Source: Candidatus Nanohalarchaeota archaeon (GTDB lineage Archaea; Nanohalarchaeota; Nanosalinia; Nanosalinales; JAFCCC01). Taken from it: 64,000 bases of DNA. A model generated the notes under the pieces. It saw only the letters and a list, made by a program, of their open reading frames with translations, ran no database searches and was not told where the DNA came from. The translations under genes and the position numbers were made by a program. The stretch is from contig JAFCCC010000001.1 in NCBI GenBank assembly GCA_017610385.1, positions 1-64,000 of the forward strand. The letters are read 5' to 3'. Shown here piece after piece: positions 58,276-64,000 of this stretch (the stretch's first letter is position 1; every line of letters begins with the position of its first letter).

Positions 58276-60540
58276 ATGAAAATCGAATCCTTATTAGGTA
58301 TGAATTTACCAAAATACGTTATTGATAACTTAAAGAAAAACAACATAGTTGAATTAAATCCACCACAAGAAAAAGCAATATCTTTGGGTGTGTTAACTGG
58401 TCAAAGCTTAATTGTGTCCACTCCAACCGCGTCAGGAAAAACTTTAATTGCGACTTTGGCTATTTCAAAACTCTTTACTGATTCTAAAGGAAAAGCCATT
58501 TACATAGTTCCATTAAAAGCCCTGGCTAATGAAAAATATAACTACTTCAAAGAGTTTTTTAACTCTCAAAAGATAAATGTTGGAATTTCAACAGGAGATT
58601 TTGATTCAAAAAGCCCACAGTTAGCAGATAAAGACCTAATTATTGCTACTGTAGAACGTGTTGATTCTTTGTTAAGACATAATGTTCCTTGGTTGTCTCA
58701 GGTCAAACTAGTAATAGCTGATGAGATACACCTTTTAAATGACCGTTCCCGAGGCCCAACATTAGAAGTTGCTTTAACCCGTTTAAAAGAAATTATAGAT
58801 TTTCAATTTTTAGGATTAAGCGCCACCATTAAAAATTCAGAGGAGCTTGCCGCTTGGCTAAATTGCAAAGTAATTAACAGCGAATATCGTCCAGTGGAAT
58901 TAGAAGAAGGTATTTTATATAATAATGAAATAGAGTTTTATTCTACTAAAAAAGATAAATCAGAATTTCAAAGAGGTAGTAATTTTTTGAAAGAGGGATG
59001 TAGGTCACAAAAAATCATCAAAGAATTTAACAGCGGCTTATTTGACTTAATAAAAGATACTTTAAAAAAAGATAAACAGGCATTGGTTTTTGTAAGAAGT
59101 AGAAGAAGTGGGGAAAGTACTGCTAAGAAATCAACTAAGATTTCACAATCGTTTTTGAATAAAAAGGAATCTGAAAAACTAATGCAAATGTCACTCAAAG
59201 CAGAAAATGTGCTTTCTACCCCTACTGCTCAGTGTAAAAATTTATCATACTGTTTAAAATCTGGTGTGGCATTTCATCATGCGGGTTTATTAAACGAACA
59301 AAAAAGAATAATTGAGACTGCGTTTAGAGAAGGATTAATTAAAATAATTTTTGCGACTCCGACACTTGCAATGGGTGTTTCTTTACCAGCTTATCGCGTA
59401 ATAATACAGGATTTACGTCGATATAGCAATTATGGCTTGAATTTTATCCCTGTTTTAGAATATAAACAATTTGCGGGGCGAGCGGGGCGACCAGAGCACC
59501 ATATGACAGGAGAATCGATTTGTATTGCAAAAGATCTTAAAATGAAAGAAGAAATTAAAAAAAGATATATTTTTGGCGATGTTGAAAATATTTATTCTAA
59601 ATTGGCTGTGGAACCAATTCTCAGAACGCATATTCTAAGTCTAATTGCTACGCATTCTGTTTCAAGTCAAGCAGAATTGCTGGATTTTTTTTCTAAAACC
59701 TTTTACGCATATCAGTATCGCAATTTAAGCAAAATAGAGACTCATTTAGAAAATATTATCAATAACCTAACAGAATATGGATTTATAAAACAAGGGAAAG
59801 AATTAGAAGCAGATTTTTTAGGTAAACGTGTCTCTGAATTATATATAGATCCATACACTGCCCAGTACCTCTTGAGTAATTTAGAGCCACATAAAGACCA
59901 TCAAATTCATGAAATTGGTCTTTTAAAGCTCCTTTGTGATTCAATAGAAATGAAACCGCTCTTATCCCTAAAAAAAGCAGATTACGCATACTTAGAAGGA
60001 TTATTAGAAGGAAGTGAACAAGTCCTGCTGGGAACCATTCCAAAAGAATGGGATTATAATTATGAGCAGTTTTTAAGATCATTCAAAACCGCATTGGCAA
60101 TACATGAATGGATAAATGAACAAGGAGAGGATAAATTAATGCAAACTTACGGAGTATCTCCCGGCAGCCTAAGAGTTAAATCAGAAATACTAAATTGGCT
60201 ATTATACGCGTGTAAGGAATTTTGTTCTATTAAAAAGTGGAATAATCTCTATTCACAAATTGAGTTATTAAGAATAAGATTAAAATACGGTGTAAAAGCA
60301 GAATTGCTTCCATTATTGAAATTTAGAGGGATTGGACGAGTGCGGGCGCGAAAATTATTTGATAAAAACATTAAAAACTCTCAGGATTTACTCAATTGCT
60401 CATTTGAGCGTTTAAAAACAATTGTTGGTAAACAGACTGCAATAAATATTAAAAACGAACTTGGTCAACGTCATTTTGATAGAGAAAATGTATTAGATTA
60501 CTTTAAAAATACTTCGGTGGACGATAAAATGCCGCTCTAA
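58276..60540 (+). CDS. hel308: Ski2-like helicase Hel308
   Basis: PTASGKT, DEIH, LSAT, FHHAGL, GRAGRP, GIGRVRAR. Confidence 0.95.
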   Translation: MKIESLLGMNLPKYVIDNLKKNNIVELNPPQEKAISLGVLTGQSLIVSTPTASGKTLIATLAISKLFTDSKGKAIYIVPLKALANEKYNYFKEFFNSQKINVGISTGDFDSKSPQLADKDLIIATVERVDSLLRHNVPWLSQVKLVIADEIHLLNDRSRGPTLEVALTRLKEIIDFQFLGLSATIKNSEELAAWLNCKVINSEYRPVELEEGILYNNEIEFYSTKKDKSEFQRGSNFLKEGCRSQKIIKEFNSGLFDLIKDTLKKDKQALVFVRSRRSGESTAKKSTKISQSFLNKKESEKLMQMSLKAENVLSTPTAQCKNLSYCLKSGVAFHHAGLLNEQKRIIETAFREGLIKIIFATPTLAMGVSLPAYRVIIQDLRRYSNYGLNFIPVLEYKQFAGRAGRPEHHMTGESICIAKDLKMKEEIKKRYIFGDVENIYSKLAVEPILRTHILSLIATHSVSSQAELLDFFSKTFYAYQYRNLSKIETHLENIINNLTEYGFIKQGKELEADFLGKRVSELYIDPYTAQYLLSNLEPHKDHQIHEIGLLKLLCDSIEMKPLLSLKKADYAYLEGLLEGSEQVLLGTIPKEWDYNYEQFLRSFKTALAIHEWINEQGEDKLMQTYGVSPGSLRVKSEILNWLLYACKEFCSIKKWNNLYSQIELLRIRLKYGVKAELLPLLKFRGIGRVRARKLFDKNIKNSQDLLNCSFERLKTIVGKQTAINIKNELGQRHFDRENVLDYFKNTSVDDKMPL

Positions 60541-61261
60541 TTCTATTTTTAAGTGATTTTTCTTTTGGTTCTACACCTAAAAGCCTATATGCAGTATTCA
60601 TAAATTGTCGAGAAACTTTGGATTTAGGAGAATAAGTAACAACAGGTATTCTTAATGCAATTGCTTCTCTAACACGTTTATGATCTGTTATTTCTCCTAA
60701 AAGTCGCTGATTTAATGTCTCTTCAATGTTCTGTGCAGTTAATTGACTTTTTTCATTTCTTTTCTTATTAATTACTACACCCGAAATTGGGCGGTTATAT
60801 TTTTCAGCAAGTTTGATAATTCCAATCGCGTTAGTTATAGAAGGCATTTCTGGCTCAGTAACTATAATTATCTCGTCAGATGCCTGAATGACGCCTTCTG
60901 CTACTTTTCCAGATCCAGAAGGACCGTCTATTAAAATTACATCTCGATCTCCTGTAAAATCTAATAGAATATTTTTTAATCTTGTAATATCCTCACTATA
61001 ATCCAAAATAGATGCGGGAATAATTGCTACGCCGTTAATTTTATAAAAAGCTTCTGTAATAAATGCGCGACCGGCCATAACGTCATTTAACGTAGTCAGA
61101 GGCTCTATTCCAAAATGTTGAATCAAATTTGCACCACTTAAATCCGCATCAACAATTAAAACACTTTTACTAAGGTTAGAAAGTGCTGAACCCAGGTTTG
61201 CAACTAAAGTCGTTTTACCAACGCCTCCTTTTCCAGAAAGAACACCAATAGTTCTAGTCAT
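60503..61261 (-). CDS. minD: MinD/ParA family ATPase
   Basis: SGKGGVGKT, DADL. Confidence 0.88.
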   Translation of the reverse strand: MTRTIGVLSGKGGVGKTTLVANLGSALSNLSKSVLIVDADLSGANLIQHFGIEPLTTLNDVMAGRAFITEAFYKINGVAIIPASILDYSEDITRLKNILLDFTGDRDVILIDGPSGSGKVAEGVIQASDEIIIVTEPEMPSITNAIGIIKLAEKYNRPISGVVINKKRNEKSQLTAQNIEETLNQRLLGEITDHKRVREAIALRIPVVTYSPKSKVSRQFMNTAYRLLGVEPKEKSLKNRIRAAFYRPPKYF

Positions 61262-61351
61262 ACTTACCTTTTGTTAAATTTCCTTAATAAATGTAGTTGA
61301 AATTAAAAAACAGATATAAAGTTATGTTCTTGCAATAACTAACAGATAAAA

Positions 61352-61897
61352 ATGTCAATTACAGGGACGCTCGCACAAAATAAAGTTAGAGTTACAAAAG
61401 AAATAGATCAGATTCACTCAGAAAAATATTATGGAAAAATAATTTCTGATTCTGGAAAAGATGTATTAGAATTATCTCTAACAGAAACGATGCATCTAGT
61501 CAATAAAGGAGAATTAACATTAAAGGACGGTAGAAAAAAATTAAATAATGAAGTAGTTTACGAGCGATTCTGCGAAATCGATGCAGAATTTCCACAGAAA
61601 TACACAGTTTATGCGGATTTGCGGGAACGAGGATATATTGTAAAAAGTGGTTTCAAATTTGGTACACACTTTAGAGTTTATTCCAGAGGAGTAAACCCTT
61701 ACAAAGAAGGCCAAAAAGAACAAAAAGAACATACTAAATGGGTTGTACATGCAGTTCCTGAAAATTATACATTATCTTATCAAGAAATGTCAAGATCTGT
61801 CCGTTTGGCTCAAAACATTAGAACTAAAATGCTTTGGGCGGTTGTAGATTCGGAAAATGAAGTCACGTACTATGAGATATATCGTTTAAGACCATAG
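61352..61897 (+). CDS. endA: tRNA-intron (BHB) splicing endonuclease, catalytic subunit
   Basis: VYADLRERGY, GFKFG.HFRVY, EH, VRLAQNIRTK. Confidence 0.95.
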   Translation: MSITGTLAQNKVRVTKEIDQIHSEKYYGKIISDSGKDVLELSLTETMHLVNKGELTLKDGRKKLNNEVVYERFCEIDAEFPQKYTVYADLRERGYIVKSGFKFGTHFRVYSRGVNPYKEGQKEQKEHTKWVVHAVPENYTLSYQEMSRSVRLAQNIRTKMLWAVVDSENEVTYYEIYRLRP

Positions 61898-62042
61898 AAC
61901 TATGAAAGAAATCTTTACTGGCATCGATCTAAATAAAGTAGAATTAAGCACAATTAGAAGATTCTAATATAATTCTCATAATGGTTCTAAGATACTACTG
62001 ATAATAGCTAACTTGAAATAAAGAGATTCATAAATATATGGT

Positions 62043-62774
62043 ATGCAAAAGAAAGGGCAAAGTGTGGGGATTGATTTTAGTGTGGGCCTCTTTGTAATGT
62101 TACTAATTATTGGAATTTCAATAAATTATATCTCAAACTCAGTTTCTACAAAAAGTTCTTTTTCCGAACCAATTAAAAATGCAGCGTATTCTACAATAAA
62201 TAAATTAACGCGGAACTTACAATGGATTGTTTATCAAATGCCAATTTTAGTAGAAACAAATCACAGTTTAACAAATCAAAAATTAGGATTTTATTTTAAT
62301 TTTTCTAAAGTTGATGTTAATTCAGTTATATTGCTTCAAAATGGAGAAATGATTCCTTACTTACGAATAGACAATTCAGTATTATTTGAAGCGAATTTAA
62401 GTTCTGGAAAAAATCTAATTCAACTTACCTACACGAAAGACACAAATTTGGATTATATTAGTCCTATTTCATCTTTTAATAGCTCACAGCCAGAAAGCTT
62501 CTTTACATATCCTCTTAAAATTCTTTCAGAAACAGAAATAGTTGGACTATCTGAAGAGAAAATACAAGAGTATTTTCTAAAAACAAATGATCAGATCGGC
62601 GAGATTTTAAATCTTGGATCTTTTGAATTTAATATAACAATTCCAGGAGAAATAAGTGTGGGGGGAGTTTTGCCTGAATCCCAAGAAACTTATGTGCTTT
62701 CTACACCAAGGCACATTCTATATCGATTTGGAAATCAAAGCACAAAAAGAATGGAGGTAGCAATATGGGCTTAG
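62043..62774 (+). CDS. pilin-like protein (class III signal peptide)
   Basis: KKGQ followed by a hydrophobic stretch. Confidence 0.75.
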   Translation: MQKKGQSVGIDFSVGLFVMLLIIGISINYISNSVSTKSSFSEPIKNAAYSTINKLTRNLQWIVYQMPILVETNHSLTNQKLGFYFNFSKVDVNSVILLQNGEMIPYLRIDNSVLFEANLSSGKNLIQLTYTKDTNLDYISPISSFNSSQPESFFTYPLKILSETEIVGLSEEKIQEYFLKTNDQIGEILNLGSFEFNITIPGEISVGGVLPESQETYVLSTPRHILYRFGNQSTKRMEVAIWA

Positions 62775-63406
62775 AGTCTAAGGGATTTATTAAGTCTTTA
62801 GAAGCAGTTATGTCCGCTTCATTAATTTTAATTTTCGTTATTGGAATTTTTCCAACCATGCAGTCACATTCTGAAATCAAAAACAATGTTTTTAATCTTT
62901 TATCTTTCGTAAAAAATGCAGACGATCCAGAATTTAGAATTGCGATAATAAATAAGGATAATAATAGTATTTCAGAAAAATTAAAACAAGAATTCCCAAC
63001 AAAACAGATTAACGTGGGTTTTTTAGATTTGCGTTCTACAAAAGAAACACTTACAAAGGCCAATACCCTTGTGTTTTCACTCGAAAAAGCTAAGTCCACC
63101 AAAGAAATTCTTTATATTTTTCTAGTCAATCTTGAAAATATAACCATTAAATTAAATAATGAGGAAATTTATTCTAAAAATCAATTAGAAGATAAGTTAA
63201 GCTTAGAATTTGATTTAACGAATAAAACAAATGAGGGCAATAACCAATTAGATTTATTAGGTACGTTTGAAAAATTAGATTATATTTTGGATTTTTATTA
63301 TTATGAAATTAATGCCCCAGATAAAGATACAGTTGAAAGCATCAGTTACTTTATATCTGGAAACCAAACAATATTACAACCGAGCACATTGGTGCTAATG
63401 AGGTAA
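62765..63406 (+). CDS. pilin-like protein
   Basis: KG|FIKSLEA followed by a hydrophobic stretch. Confidence 0.72.
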   Translation: MGLESKGFIKSLEAVMSASLILIFVIGIFPTMQSHSEIKNNVFNLLSFVKNADDPEFRIAIINKDNNSISEKLKQEFPTKQINVGFLDLRSTKETLTKANTLVFSLEKAKSTKEILYIFLVNLENITIKLNNEEIYSKNQLEDKLSLEFDLTNKTNEGNNQLDLLGTFEKLDYILDFYYYEINAPDKDTVESISYFISGNQTILQPSTLVLMR

Positions 63407-63407
63407 A

Positions 63408-63905
63408 ATGAAAAAAGGAATTTCTCCATTAATATCCTTTGTACTTTATACGGCAATAGCTATAATGGCTATTTCAATGATAATTAGCGTTGGTTTTCCA
63501 TATTTAGAAAAAATTAGAGATTCTGTTGCAATTAAACAAGCCCAGGATTTTTTAGGTGTATTTGATTCTGTTGTTTCAGAAGTGGCGTTTTCTGGGCAAA
63601 ATTCAAAGGTTCCAATAACCTTAAGATTTGAAAGAGGTAAATATATTTTCTCAGACGATCAAAATGAATTGAGATTTAAAATAGAAACTGACTCAAATAT
63701 AGTTTCGCCAGGTGCCTCTGCGAGACTTGGTCCATTGAGTTTGGAAGCAGACGAAAATGCAACATATGTAATTTTAAAATATAATACAACAGAACTCATT
63801 TTAGCAGGATATAATAAAACACTATTTTCAGGAACACATAAACTTATTGTTCGGAACCTGGGCGTAGAAAATAATCAACTTATTATTGAGGTAAACTCCC
63901 AATGA
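63408..63905 (+). CDS. pilin-like protein
   Basis: MKKG|ISPLIS class III signal. Confidence 0.8.
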   Translation: MKKGISPLISFVLYTAIAIMAISMIISVGFPYLEKIRDSVAIKQAQDFLGVFDSVVSEVAFSGQNSKVPITLRFERGKYIFSDDQNELRFKIETDSNIVSPGASARLGPLSLEADENATYVILKYNTTELILAGYNKTLFSGTHKLIVRNLGVENNQLIIEVNSQ

Positions 63906-64000
63906 GAAAGGGACAATATTTTTTAATTAGTACAATAATGTTCATTGGCATTTTAACAGCGTTAACGTTCTCGCGCGGTCACTATGTTGTATCTAATTTG
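63902..64000 (+). CDS. pilin-like protein (partial, runs off the window)
   Basis: MRKG|QYFLISTIMFIGIL. Confidence 0.7.
   Translation, partial: MRKGQYFLISTIMFIGILTALTFSRGHYVVSNL

Overview
AT-rich archaeal chromosome segment with information-processing genes, an S-layer gene and pilin-like genes. Gene content and style suggest a DPANN archaeon (inference). It carries ribosomal proteins, aIF2 beta/gamma, aIF1A, RpoE'/Spt4, TBP, MCM, topoisomerase VI, Hef, Hel308, SMC-ScpAB, CysRS, AspRS and EndA, plus an SRP RNA and seven tRNAs, five of them intron-containing. The main signal is a splicing-centred RNA system. (1) The RNase HII gene is interrupted inside its DEAGR|GP catalytic motif by a 33-nt bulge-helix-bulge (BHB) intron with an in-frame stop. 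(2) tRNA-Gln(UUG) has three BHB introns. (3) The anticodon introns of tRNA-Gln and tRNA-Leu look like minimal single-K-turn box C/D guides aimed at their own wobble base 34. (4) The tRNA-Thr intron is a full C/D sRNA with variant boxes, probably guiding the 23S A-loop U2552 equivalent. (5) EndA has a lengthened loop beside its catalytic His. Separately, an accessory island downstream of tRNA-Gln has a conserved ~33-bp motif in front of each of its four genes. All calls are by eye; no searches were run.
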